Assembly (NCBI RefSeq): GCF_963921235.1
Contig: NC_086097.1
Span: forward strand, 195,736,001 to 195,800,000
From: Mobula hypostoma
Taxonomy: Eukaryota
Length of the DNA: 64,000 bases
Reading direction: 5' to 3'
In this document: in pieces, positions 13,643 through 26,207 of the stretch
Numbering within the stretch: position 1 is the stretch's first letter
Layout of the letters: each line of letters begins with the position of its first letter
The notes under the pieces: model-generated
The model's database searches: none
What the model was told of the DNA's origin: nothing
The model's input: the letters and a program-made list of their open reading frames with translations, nothing else
Position numbers and translations under genes: made by a program

Positions 13643-14443
13643 AAGTTTCAAAGGTACTTTAATGTCAGAGAAATGTATACAATATACATCCTGAAATTCT
13701 TTTTCTTCACAAACATCCATGAAAACAGAGGAGTGCTCCAAAGAATGAATGACAGTTAAATGTGAGAACCTCAAAACCCCCCAAACTCCCCTCTTCCATG
13801 CATAAGCAGCAGTAAAGCAATGATTACCCCTCCCCCAGCAGCAAAAAAAGCATCGACACCCCCACCGAGTACTCAAGTGTGCAGCAAAGCATCAATAAAG
13901 ACACAGACTTGCAGTACCCCAAAGACTGCTCATTCACCTGGTAATTTGACATACCACAGGCTCTCTCTCCTTAATAAGGGAAAAAGAGGTGTCCCCGTTT
14001 TACAGCAAGAGGGGAGACATAAGAAAACAACTCACAGATTTATGATTTATTGATTCTGTTGTGTCACTTTGTCTGAGCTCTGTGCCCAAAGAACTCGGGT
14101 CTCTGGGCACGCAGCCTGCAGCCAGCTCGCTGCTTTCAATCTTCCTTGTTCTCCCATGGCACTGACCTCAAATCTGTCTGCCTTCAGAGCCATGAAAATC
14201 CAGCACCATGAAGGCACACTAATCTTCCGGGTCATGGCTTTGGGATATCAAAAAGCGGCCAGCCGTAAGGCCCTGAGAGTGGGTCCCATTTCCGCAAAGA
14301 ACCAAAGTCATGGTGTAACTCCAGGTCAGGGTCTTCAAAAGAACCTTCCACACCCTGAAAAGGAAAATAATAAAAAAAAGATAGAAATAGAGCTGTTTCC
14401 AAAGATGCAAGCAAAGCAGCTGCCATTAGGCGCTGTCATTCTA
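13643..14443 (-). mobile_element. Non-coding LINE-derived interspersed repeat
   Basis: Tail ttcaaaggtactttaatgtcagagaaatgtatac resembles the tails of the 25.5 and 53.4 kb elements; no credible ORF. Confidence 0.5.
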
Positions 14444-14799
14444 AGTTCTGCCCTCCAAATTCCTCATTTATTATTTAAATTTCTGTTTCACTGCTTAGTT
14501 AAATATTGCACTTTTTCCAGATGGTTAATTTCTGGAATAGTTATTCAATTAATCTTGAACTAATAGAGATAGGTAGCTCCTGAGAAAAGTGGAGACATGA
14601 AGGGCTGCAGATGCTGGAATCTGGAGCTCAGGGGTCAGACAGTATCTAATGAAGAAATTGGGCAGTTTACCCACCAGCTTTTGAGGGACGTGGATCTTGA
14701 AATTTCTCAAGAAGATTGTGTTCATCTTGGAATATTTCCTCTGTCTACCTGGTAATTTCTTTGCATGAAACACCACCATTGTTGGCCAAATCAAAGCAC

Positions 14800-14965
14800 A
14801 TGATCAATCAGCATATAGGAGAGAGACTGAGAATCGGGTTGAGTGGTGCCACAACAACAACCTCTCACTCAATATCAGCAAAACCAAAGAGCTGATTGTT
14901 GACAACAGGAGGTTCAAGAGCCAGTCCTCAATAGAAGATCGGGTGAGCACATTTCCAGTAATATT
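14800..14965 (+). mobile_element. Rex1-like RT fragment
   Basis: Translates YRRETENRVEWCHNNNLSLNISKTKELIVD, the segment after the RT catalytic motif. Confidence 0.7.
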
Positions 14966-17036
14966 TAAGAAATGCGTCATCATCCAAAACTCCATTGGTA
15001 CCCTTGTCCCCACTGTAAGTGTTCACTCCCTGTATGATTGATACACTGTGCTGTAACGTTAATACCAACATGACATCTTGCAACAACTTATAATTATGTC
15101 ACCAATAACACCCCACAAGCCCAAACAGGAGGCAGCAGGGACACTAGAGCAGCACCTTCACCACACCACACATCTCCACCCTCATCATCAATGGGTCAAG
15201 TTCATAGAAATACCTTCATGACAGGACTGTGGAACAATGTATCCAATGACTCCAGCAGTTTAAGAAGGTACTCATCCATCATCTCCCTTTCAAGACCAAT
15301 CAGGAATGGGCAATAAATAATGGCTTTAGGAGAGACTACCACAACAATGATGGGCACTATAAGCAAGCAATAAATTGAAATGTTCATCTGCAGAGATTTC
15401 ATTTAGCTTACTTGGACTGAAATTAATGCCACTAAATAAAGCAGGGATATTAAAATCAGTGGAATTTAATAAGTAATATTAATACTCTGATATTAAGAAA
15501 AGCTGGGAGCCAATTATTAATTGAACATTTACAGTATGTGTTGGCTCTGAATGCAATACCAACTAATTAGCAAAGAGATTGTCTTTGGCACGGATATTCC
15601 ATTGGAGTGAGGTCACTATGAGAGGTTTCTACTGCATCCAGGACAGAAAAAGAGGCAACTAAAAGCTTAAAAATAGATTGTTGGTTTATTCATAGACACT
15701 CTAATCATGGATGTACATGAAAAATAAAGTGGAATGATTGTAAACTAACCTTATTTCCTGACAAATCATGGCATTGAAAAGTTCACCTTACTATCTAAAT
15801 CACAGTTTCGAATTAAATTTAAATGTATAACATAGGGTGATAGTTCAAAACCAGTGACCCTTGTTAAATGAGTGCTCTGATGTAGGTAGGATTATGAAAA
15901 TAATTTTCGGTATCAAGTACTGTTAGTTGTGGAAGTAAATATCGTTATAAGCCCTTGCTTCATCATTGTGCATCACATGTGCTCAGTTTCTAGACTCACT
16001 TCCCTGGGCATTCATTGATATTCACATGTTTTTTTTATAAAATTTACCAGATAAATCACTCAATTTCAGTAATAAGGAAGAAGTTGTAATTATAATTGAA
16101 GTTTTAAGTTTTAATTTTCTGGATTCTAAAGCTGTTTCATATTTGTTGGAGTTTCAGTTGCAGCAGCAGAAATTTAAATTAAGGTAAATATGGCTGAAGT
16201 ATTTATATAAATAACTTGTCAAATTTTGTGAAAGCTTGAAGGGTTAGATGTGTTTTGCAGCTCTAGCAAGTGGGAGAACATACACTCCACTTTACAGCAG
16301 TATGATCATGAAATCACGACAAATAACTAACAACAAAACTATTGCCTGATTATGCAGATTGTATCCCAGAAACATTGATCTAGTCAATTTAGCTGTGCAA
16401 TATAAAACGATTACTTGATTTGGTAGTGATTTAATTGTTGCTGAAGCAATATGATTCCTTCACCAAATGTTTTCAGGTTTGCTGAAAGTAATTTACCAAT
16501 TATATATGTGGCAAGCTATCCCATGAGTAAATGAATCAAGTAGCAATCTGCAATATAAAAAGCACATGGATCTGAAAGAATACTCTTGAAACTGAATGTG
16601 GAGTTTCAAGCCAATGGAAGCAGAATGAGGTACGGCAGTCTCAGAAAATTTAAATTTTCTAAGACTTCTAATTAAAGTCGTCTAAATCTGAGGGAACTAA
16701 AGAACGGAACAATCTTACACTGAGGAAGATTTGCGTAGTTGCTGTGTGATTTTACACCACGTGCTGGAATCAATACAGCATCCCAAAAGTCTACAGCTTT
16801 TTTCACAAGAACATCCCAGAATACTCTTTAATAAATGAAATATTCATAATTTAGGAGAATACAAAGATAAATCTAAAGGTTAAATTTATTTGTCATATAC
16901 TGTCTATGTAGATACACCAAAACATATAGTGAAAGGCGTCAACAACAGGAATTCTGCAGATGCTGGAAATTCAAGCAACACACATAAAAGTTGCTGGTGA
17001 ACGCAGCAGGCCAGGCAGCATCTCTAGGAAGAGGTG

Positions 17037-17074
17037 CAGTCGACGTTTCAGGCCGAGACCCTTCGTCAGGACTA
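17037..17074 (-). ncRNA. Minimal type-I hammerhead ribozyme (intact core)
   Basis: UAGUC CUGACGA A GGGU-CUCG-GCCU GAAA CGUC^ GACUG: conserved core, stems I and II, palindromic ACGU stem III. Confidence 0.85.
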
Positions 17075-18244
17075 ACTAAAGGAAGAGTGAGTAAGGGATT
17101 TGAAAGTTGGAGGGGGAGGGGGAGATCCAAAATGATAGGAGAAGACAGGAGGGGGAGGGACGGAGCCAAGAGCTGGACAGGTGATAGGCAAAAGGGATAC
17201 GAGAGGATCATGGGACAGGAGGTCCAGGAAGAAAGACAAGGGGGAGGGGGACCCAGAGGATGGGCAAGGGGTATATTCAGAGGGACAGAGGGAGAAAAAG
17301 GAGAGTGAGAGAAAGAATGTGTGTATAAAAATAAGTAACAGATGGGGTACGACAGGGAGGTGGGGCATTAGCGGAAGTTAGAGAAGTCGATGTTCATGCC
17401 ATCAGGTTGGAGGCTACCCAGACAGAATATAAGGTGTTGTTCCTCCAACCTGAGTGTGGCTTCATCTTTACAGTAGAGGAGGCCGTGGATAGACATGTCA
17501 GAATGGGAATAGGATGTGGAATTAAAATGTGTGGCCACTGGGAGATCCGGCTTTCTCTGGCGGACAGAGCGTAGATGTTCAGCAAAGCGGTCTCCCAGTC
17601 TGCGTCGGGTCTCGCCAATATATAAAAGGCCACATTGGGAGCACCTGATGCAGTATATCATCCCAGCCGACTCACAGGTGAAGTGTTGCCTCACCTGGAA
17701 GGACTGTTTGGGGCCCTGAATGGTGGTAAGGGAGGAAGTGTAAGGGCATGTGTAGCACTTGTTCCGCTTACACGGATAAGTGCCAGGAGGGAGATCAGTG
17801 GAGAGGGATGGGGGGGACGAATGAAAAAGGGAGTTGTGTAGGGGGCGATTCCTGCAGAATGCAGAGGCGGGGGGAGGGAAAGATGTGCTTAGTGGTGGGA
17901 TCCCGTTGGAGGTGGTGGAACTTACGGAGAATAATATGTTGGACCCGGAGGCTGGTGGGGTGGTAGGTCATACCCCATCTGTTACTTATTTTTATGCACA
18001 CATTCTTTCTCTCACTCTCCTTTTTCTCCCTCTGTCCCTCTGAATATACCTCTTGCCCATCCTCTGGGTCCCCCCCCCTTGTCTTTCTTCCCGGACCTCC
18101 TGTCCCATGATCCTCTCGTATCCCCTTTTGCCAATCACCTGTCCAGCTCTTGGCTCCATCCCTCCCTCTCCTGTCTTCTCCTATCATTTTGGATCTCCCC
18201 CTCCCCCTCCAACTTTCAAATCCCTTACTCACTCTTCCTTCAGT

Positions 18245-18282
18245 TAGTCCTGACGAAGGGTCTCGGCCTGAAACGTCAACTG
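18245..18282 (+). ncRNA. Minimal hammerhead ribozyme in the inverted PLE arm
   Basis: tagtc ctgacga agggtctcggcct gaaacgtc aactg; one stem I mismatch. Confidence 0.75.
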
Positions 18283-18630
18283 CACCTCTTCCTAGAGATG
18301 CTGCCTGTCCTGCTGCGTTCACCAGCAACTTTTATGTGTGTTGCAGTGAAAGGCGTCATTTACGTCAACAGCCAGCTTCCTCTAAGGATGTGCTGGGTAC
18401 AGGTCACAAGTGTGCCAACTCCTGGCACCAACATAGCATGCCCACAACTTACTAACCCTAACTAATCTCTATATGTCTTTGAACTGTCGGAGGAAACCGC
18501 AGCGCCCAAAGGAAATCCCACGGTCATCTTCTCGTGTGCACATGGGTTTCCTCTGGGTGCTCCAGTTCCCTCCCATAGTCCACAGATGTACTGGTTAGTA
18601 GGTAGATTGGACATTGTAAATTGTCCCATG

Positions 18631-18896
18631 TGTTGCCATGTGGCCAAGTAGTTAAAGCATTCGTCTAGTGATCTGAAGGTCGCTAGTTCGAGCCTTGAGC
18701 ATTGCTCTGCAACGACACTGGTGCCAAGCTGTATGGGTCCTAATGCTCTTCCCTTGGACAACATTGGTGGCATGGAGAGGGGAGACTTGCAGCATGGGCA
18801 ACTGCTGGTCTTCCATACAACCTTGCCCAGGCCTGAGCCCTGGAAATCTTCCAAGGCGTAAATCCATGGTCTCATGAGACTAAAGGCTGCCTATAA
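18631..18896 (+). mobile_element. tRNA(Thr)-like-headed SINE with RTE-like tail, nested in a V-SINE-like element
   Basis: A box tggccaagtag, gttaaagc..gtctagt, B box agttcgagcc; TSD aaattgtcccatg / aaattgtcccgtg (18618-18630 / 18897-18909). Confidence 0.8.
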
Positions 18897-19069
18897 AAAT
18901 TGTCCCGTGATTTGGCTAAAGTTAAATCAGTGGGTTGATGGGCTGGAAGGGCCTGTTCCTTACTGTATCTCTAAATAAAATAAAATAAATATAGACTTAA
19001 CAGAAAGCATATACTGGAGGGATCACCTGGCATGGTCCTAGGCATCAAACTCAGGCAGGGAAAATTCCA

Positions 19070-19522
19070 TAGATCATAAGGCCATAAGTTATAGGAGCAG
19101 AATTAGGCTGTTTGGGCCACCGAGTCTGCTCCACTATTCAATCATGGCTGATCCATTTTCCCCTCTCAGCCTCAATCTCTGCCATCCCCCTCCCCACATA
19201 TCCCTTCATGCCCTGACTAATCAAGAATCTATCAACCTCTGCCTTAAGTATACATAAAGACTTGGTTTCCACAGCCACCTGTGGCAATGAATTCCATAGA
19301 TTCCACTCTCTAACTAAAGAAATTCCTCCTCACTTCCTTTAGTCAGAATGGACAACTCTCTATTCTGAGACTGAATCCTCTGGTTTTAGACCCCGCCCCC
19401 CCCCCCACTATATGAAACATCCTCTCCACATCCACTCTACTGAGGTCTTTCAAAATTTGATAGCTTTCAAAGAAGTCACACCTCATTCGTCTGAATTCCA
19501 GTGAGTAGAGACCCAGAGCCAA
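19070..19522 (-). mobile_element. CR1 3' end
   Basis: LGLYSLEFRRMRCD..RVDVERMF; tail cataaggccataag. Confidence 0.85.
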
Positions 19523-19669
19523 TAACAAATCACTCTACTCCTAGTCGACTTGCACAATATTGTACACAAGTATCTGGGGACTGCTGTCAGAAATGACAGA
19601 GCTAATGAACAGATTAGTCAAGCCTCAGACTAACATTGTCCTATTCACAGTGTTATACCTTACATGGGA

Positions 19670-19815
19670 TGCAGCCCGGTCGGCAGCAGTTAGCGCTGTT
19701 GCTTCATGACTCTAGGGATCCAGATGTGTTGTTGGTGCTGTGTGGAGTTTGCATGTTCTTACGATGAATACCTGGGTTTCTGCTGGGCACTCAGGTTTCC
19801 TCCTTCATCCTACTG
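19670..19815 (+). mobile_element. V-SINE-like fragment
   Basis: tgtgtggagtttgcatgttct..gggtttctgctgggcactcaggtttcctcc. Confidence 0.6.
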
Positions 19816-19884
19816 CTAGTGAATTTAAATTACTCCTTAATGCACGTAAGCAACAAAACTCATCAAAGGAGGATTACTGGACAT

Positions 19885-20046
19885 GCAACACACATCAAAG
19901 TTACTGGTGAACGCAGCAGGCCAGGCAGCATCTCTAGGAAGAGGTACAGTCAACATTTCGGGCTGAGACCCTTCGTCAAGACTAACTGAAAGAAGAGCTA
20001 GTAAGAGATTTGAAAGTGGGAGGGGGAGGGGGAGATCCAAAATGAT
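19885..20046 (-). mobile_element. Short PLE terminal copy with degenerate hammerhead (19947-19984)
   Basis: Matches the PLE terminus; the core reads UUGACGA..GAAAUGUU; gacatg occurs on both sides. Confidence 0.85.
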
Positions 20047-21961
20047 CTAGTAAGACATGGGAGTGTTTCAGGGCAACAGAGAAATGGGAGAAGGGGAGTG
20101 GAACTGATGGGACTGCACTTCTGGGAACCAGCATGAACCTGATAAGCTGAATGGCCTCTTTCTGGGTCATTATAAGTAACAGGCAATATGTCATAATGCT
20201 CCATCATAAAATCTAACATGTCTTGTCCCATCAGCAATACAGACCCACTGGAGAAGGCAATATTGTGGAACACAGGCAGGAGGGAGTCTCCCTTGCAGCC
20301 CTCAGTAATGACTCCAGACCCCATGACAGAAGACTAATAGCTCCAAGTCAAAATGGGAATGTAACACAGTCTCTGATTACCACCAACCATCCCAATTCAG
20401 CTGATGAGTTACTGCCCCTCCATGTTCAGTGATACTAGCAAACGTGATAAATAAATACAGTAGGCATGCAACTTTAAAAGTATTTATTACACGTTGCAGA
20501 GATATCAACAAATATTTTAAAAACTATGAGAAATCAAAAATTCATTAATCTTGACAAAGAAAAGTTCAAGTCAGATTAGCTTTGAAACAAATAGAAGATA
20601 TAATGCCTGCATTGCAAAGTTGAGGAAGGCGAAATGTACCCAGCAAAGAAGGAGTCTTTGGAGCTGATTTTGCTGGACACCGCTCACTGCCTAGAGTAAT
20701 GGGTCCTTGATCCTTGGATACCATACTCACCGAACCTACACTGCACAAAGCAGAGCTCACAGGTCTTCTGCACCCTGGAGTTAGATGGCAAAGTCTTAAT
20801 GGCAACTAGGCCTCTGGTAGCAAATCACTGAGTCATTGATCCAGAAGATCCTAAAAGGCATCTAAAGGTTCTGTCTTCCTGTAAAATTTATTGGTACTTC
20901 TTGTATTCTGATTTACTTAAAGAACATTCAAACTAAAGTGAATGGTTTAAATGAAATTAAAAATTGAAATAAAGTTAACTGTAATCACAAAATCCTTGGA
21001 ATTATTTAACCAGAAGTAAAACAATTTTTAAAAATTACTTACCTCCCCCTCAGCTTCTAATCTCCAAACTTGGAATCCCAAGGAAGCTCCAGTTAGTGTG
21101 CTAAAGTTTACTGTAGTATGGTGGCATTACCATTTGTCACTCAATGCATCTTGGATTTCTGCTCTCAATGCCATCGCAAAAATGTCCAAAAACGACAGCA
21201 GTTGCTTGAAACCTCCATTGAAAACCTTCAATTCCATTTCAAGCCATCAGCTTCACAATGCAAGTTTCACCCCACTATAGCATTGAACGAGATAACCTGA
21301 GGAGCATGAAGAAGAATGGGTTACATTTCCCAGGAAAATTACAATGGTTTTGTGATGATAAAATCAGTAAGGAAATAGGAGAGGCAATACAAGAGGATTG
21401 TGGACAAAAAAAAGAAAGTAAACACAAAACTGCTGTTAGTGGGATTGTATGACAGCCTAATTGTGAAATAAAAGCTGCACAGCAAATCTAGAAGAAGAGA
21501 ATGAATGAGTCTGAATAACAAAATTATTCTTTTAGGACATGTCAAGTGCCATCTTATTCATTGGGATAGCAAAAAATACACACTGAGTAAAGTCAACAAA
21601 ATTCCTAAACTGTATGCTGCTCTATTCCTAAAGCAAGATGTAAATATCAAGGCTCAATCAGTTGGGATGCTAGTTCAGGTAAACTTGTGTAGACCAGACA
21701 TAACTCTTCATACTGAAAGGAAATACAGCTTAACAAAGATCTTATCAATGCATGTGTTAGTGCAATGGTGTGTGAGTTAACTGAGGTGACTGGAAAGAGA
21801 AAGAAGTTCACAGATTTGGAGACAAACAATTGAACGTTTTCAGTAATGTGATACAAAAATGGAAGATAAATGTTTACCTCTGAAAAGGAGTACTTCAACT
21901 TTCACAACGCTGTGAATTTAAAGACTTAGGACAGCCAAAATCGGCAGGATCAATTTCAGCA

Positions 21962-22130
21962 CTAAGAGAAATTTGGATAGGACAGGTACAGTACGTGGAT
22001 GGGAAGGGTATGGAGGGCTATGTTCCATGTGCAGGTCAATTGGACTAGGCAGAATAGTAGTTCAGCACAGACAAGATGGGTTGAAGGGCCTGTTTCTGTG
22101 CTGTAGTGTTCTATGACTTCAATGACTCTA
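21962..22130 (+). mobile_element. CR1 3' terminus
   Basis: ggatgggaagggtatggagggctatg..gaagggcctgtttctgtgctgtag..ctatgac. Confidence 0.8.
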
Positions 22131-22199
22131 TCTCAAGAATGGGGTCATATTTACAATGAATAATGCAGTGCAATTTACTAGGTGCCGGGGTAAGGAAAA

Positions 22200-22557
22200 T
22201 AAAGAAATGGTCACAAGAGGCAGAGGAGCAGTTACGGAATTTCTTTGAGTCAGTGGACTGGGCCACGTTCAAGAACTTATCAGAGGATCGAATGAAAATG
22301 CATCAGTTGTCACGGACTTTATAAAGACGCTCATGGACAAGTGTGTCCCACAAAAACATTCAGAGTCTTCCCTTAGTCAGAGATCTGCAACCTACTGGGG
22401 GCTAGACTGTCAGTGTTCAAGTCTGGCAGCCAAGGGAAGTACAAGAGATCCAGGTAGACCTCCAGAAAGCCATTTCACATGCAAAGTAGCAATTATGAGC
22501 CAAACCTGAATCACAGAATAACGTTTGACAGCTGTGGCAAGGCTTGAGTGCAATCAT
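22200..22557 (+). mobile_element. Rex1-like LINE internal fragment
   Basis: Translates EAEEQLRNFFESVDWATFK and QLWQGL, typical of the region between endonuclease and RT. Confidence 0.6.
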
Positions 22558-22599
22558 CTACAAATTATTCAATCTAAACATAGCAGAAGGAAAATTTAT

Positions 22600-23030
22600 C
22601 TTGCCAGCCTGATTGAGTTGGATGAAGTGGGGAGAAATACCAGATAAGAGAATTTGCAATGGATGTTGTGAATATGGAGTAATCATATGGAGGTTCAGAA
22701 AACTCCACACAGGAGATTTGTAATGAGGACATGTTATCCCAAACAACATACCTGCTTGCCCTTTCAGGTACTACATGGGCCACCTGTGGCAGAATATGTG
22801 AGTTCCATGCAGGACATTCAGGTACCTCAGAAGCCAGAGAACTGCAGTAAAAATAAGTCAGCCTCAAACCCAAGGAGCTGCCTAAGACAAAGAAGAAGGT
22901 ACAAAGCACAGGAGCTAGGAGGGAAGGAGAGAGAATACAGCAGGATTATACAAGGAGACATTACTAGGGAGAAATCCAAACTATCGGTCAGATTTCCTGA
23001 GGACTAGGAAACCCATGCTGGAAGTGGCAG
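22600..23030 (+). mobile_element. Possible decayed Gypsy gag remnant
   Basis: CEYG and RFVM-like stretches plus a knuckle-like GTTWATCGR; heavily degenerate. Confidence 0.25.
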
Positions 23031-24424
23031 ATTTAAGTGGGCTAGATAATCTCAGACATAAACTTCATTTAGGCATTAAACCAACCAATGCATGTCATCA
23101 ATGCAAGGAAATCATCCAGCTATGATTCTGCTACCTTCAAGCAAAAGGCACATATCCATAGCAAGGTAAGTTTGGGTTTCATATTTTTACAGATTTAACC
23201 CTAATTACATTCTAATGTGGGCACGTCAGGCTGGAGGCAGCAGGATTATTAAAAAATGCACCATAACCATAGAACATAATGTGCACTAGAACATTTCTAA
23301 AGCATTTTAAAAATATAATTCCTTTGAAACCCAGTTAGTTATACAGTATAGGCACACAGAGCAACTAAAATACAGCAAAAATCCCAGAAACAGGAACTGG
23401 GCTTGTTTAGGTTTGTAGCTGATAGAGAAATATTGGATGGGACACTACAACAGTCTGTTTTCCAACATGTCCCTGAACATCTTCAAATAGTTCCTTTCAC
23501 ATTCACTTGAGGAAGCAGATGGAGACTTCATTTCAAATGTCATCCAGAAATTGGCTACAGTTCTGAAGTGCAAGCCTCCATCACAGCCATTATTTGTCAT
23601 TTGTGAAGTGTCATTTGCATTCATGACTCCAGAATACTGCTAACAATGGCAATCTGACAACAATATCAATAAGAACAAGTCAAACTTAAAAACAAGTTAG
23701 CTGTGCCTAATTTAAATAGGATTCATTCCCCATAAAATCTGAAGACAGTTCTGCACCACCAGTTTATAGACATGATTAATCTAGAGAAGCAGAAGAAGCT
23801 AAATTCACTAAACAAACTAAACTACAAGTACGCCATAAAGATAATCTACTTAAGAGCTTTCTAGATATAACTGTGAGATAAGTAAAGTGATTAGGTAAAT
23901 TAATCTTGCTATTCAAGATTAAGCTAAGGTCAACTCCATATTGTTCAGCAGGAACAGAATGAAATTAATGATCAGGGCCATTTCCAAATCAGAATCTTAA
24001 AAAAAAACAAATTTACATTTCCTTATTTAGAGAAATAAACAATTTTATTTTCATTCTCATTCCAGTGTAGTGCTGCATTTTCTGATTGACAGACCAGTTC
24101 CTGTCAGAACACAAGAGTACAACCTGTAAAATGGAGTCTTTACAAGACTACTGCTTGATTTGTGCTGTCTATATCATCTCGACAGGAGATTTTAGATCAA
24201 CAGAGGATGGCTTTTACATAAATTATAAAAGAGCCCTTAAAATGCACTGGAGTTCAGGTGGTGTCATGGAAGACTTTCATTTGACACCTCACCACTTCAT
24301 ATCTGCTCCTCAGCTCTACATCAGTCACAGCTAGTGTACCTTTGGAAAAGGCTTCCCAACCTGAATAAGAATTGCAGGGAAGTGTTATTTTAATAGTAAT
24401 TAATAATAAGATTTTAATTTTAAA

Positions 24425-24760
24425 GTTCACTGAGTCACACAGCCTAGAAACATGTCTTTTGGCCCATCTACCCTGTGCTGACCATCAAACCACATATACA
24501 CCAATACTACTTCATTCCCACATGATCCTCTCATCTACAGCTAGATTCTACCACCCACTTACATGCTTGGTATTATTCAGAGTGGCCGTTTAATCAACCA
24601 CCTGCACATCTTTGGCATATGGGAGGAAAACAAAGCATCCAGAGGAAATCTATGCAGTCACAGAGAAAACATGCAAACTCCACACAGACAGAAGCAAAGG
24701 TCAGAATCGAACCCAGGTCACTAGAGCTACAAAGCAGCTGCTCTACCCACTGTGCCACAT
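24425..24760 (-). mobile_element. HE1/V-SINE-like SINE
   Basis: catgcaaactccacacagac..aggtcagaatcgaacccaggtc (B box on the minus strand) and a CR1-like tail. Confidence 0.75.
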
Positions 24761-25546
24761 AAACCCCCATGCATGTTAAATAAGTTTTAATTAAGGAAAT
24801 ATACTTAACTGTATCTCAATGTCTAATCATTAGACACATTCTGACAGAGCTAAACTGTCAAAAGGCCACAAGAGCAGTGCAGGGGAGAGGGCCTCACATC
24901 TAGTCATGAGCCATCGATGGCTCCACCTTGTGAGACTGCAGCAGCAAGGCCTGAAGATTGATTCTTAGGCACACAGTGAAAAAAGGTAAATATAGCTCCA
25001 GCAAACAGATAGATGCAAACTCAAGACACAGACAATGTTGGAGAAACTTTCTGTATTTAATTCCAGATTGTCAAAGAGAATTGAACAGAATTACACCACA
25101 TCCTCAGCTTTAATCTGTAAAAATGATTCACTACAGGTATGAGCTCTGCTGATGAGAAAATGGCAACTACACTATATTGCTGGATCTATTCAAGACATTT
25201 TGGTAATATGAGGTGCATTAGCTGCTCAGCACGTACTGATGCATACAGCCAGAGTTAATTTATTCATATACATCATCACAAATACTGACAAAAGATTAGA
25301 GTACACCTTTTCCAAGTAGAAGCATCCAAAATTGATGGAAGTTATGAATATCAGGGTTCCTGCAATGAATTAAAAATAGAAGGTGCTGGAAGTACAGAGA
25401 GAGTCAGAACATATGTACAAAGAGTAGAAACAGAAGCAGGACTTGTCCCCTTGGCTCTTTACCATGACTGATCCAAGTTTGACCTCAATACTACTTACTA
25501 CTTCTCTCTTCTCATATCTATTAACCACCTTTTAGATCCCCCTTTT

Positions 25547-26207
25547 AGGAGGGGAGGAGAAGATGGCGGCACGATGCAGTGCATGCGGCCGCTCCGAAAT
25601 GAATTCATATTTGTAAGTAGGTACCGTGCACAATCCTGATTTGATGGAGACAGACATGAGAAGCACGGAGGAACATCTGGAGAAACTTCTGAAATGCCCG
25701 CTTTGCTGCCACTGCTACTGTGCGATCGAGAATCTCCGGAGGAGAAGGCCCCAAATCCTCGGCTTTGCTTATTGCCTGTTGCCGGGGCCAGGGTTGAAGC
25801 GCTCGGCAGAGATGGTGCTCGGTGCTCAGCGTCAGAGGGCTGGTCGGAGGCTCGAAGTTTTCGGACGGACTCAAGAGTCAGCTGTGGTCGGGTGCTTTCA
25901 GGGTGCTGCATCAGCAAGTTTGCGGCGCTAGAAGCTCATGGCAGGGAGAGTTTTTCTTCCTTCTACTGTCTGTGTGAGATGATGGGACTTTCGAGAGACG
26001 TTAAGACTTTTTTTTACCGTGCCCATGATCTGTTCTTTATCAAATTACAGTATTGCTTTGCACTTATAATTATGTGGTTTTTGTCAGTTTTTCAGTCTTG
26101 ACTTGTCTTGTCTTTCTGTGATATCATTCTGGAGGAACATTGTATCATTTTTTAATGCATGTATTACTAAATGACAATAAAAGAGGACTGCGTGTCCTCA
26201 TCATCTA
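25547..26207 (+). mobile_element. ~660-bp non-autonomous LINE-like element
   Basis: Starts ggaggagaagatggcgg and ends gacaataaaagaggactgcgtgtcctcatcatcta; a full-length sister lies on the minus strand at 53.4-54.0 kb. Confidence 0.8.

Larger units (their letters stand above)
16942..18344 (-). mobile_element. Penelope-like element, 5'-truncated, with inverted terminal arm (17968-18344, + strand) and 14-bp TSD
   Basis: GIY-YIG ORF 17368-17694 (MIYCIRCSQCGLLYIGET); agtgaaaggcgtca at 16928-16941 and 18345-18358. Confidence 0.95.

Noticed and set aside
14069..14563. 164-aa ORF
   Set aside because: Antisense to a non-coding repeat, non-ATG start, no recognisable motifs.
16939..18465. Overlapping ORFs such as MLVNAAGQAASLGRG and SPDEGSRPETST, also at 31.3-31.8 and 44.5-44.9 kb
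   Set aside because: Incidental translations of the non-coding PLE terminus; SPDEGSRPET is the hammerhead core read as codons.
18635..18700. tRNA gene, also at 30610-30683
   Set aside because: Stems do not close; these are SINE heads with TSD-bounded bodies.
23073..23165. Open plus-strand exon candidate ALNQPMHVINARKSSSYDSATFKQKAHIHSK|gtaagt
   Set aside because: Weak acceptor, no recognisable protein and no partner exon.
25498..26101. Several 90-140 aa ORFs, also at 53.4-54.0 kb
   Set aside because: GC-rich repeat; frames are not consistent between the two copies.
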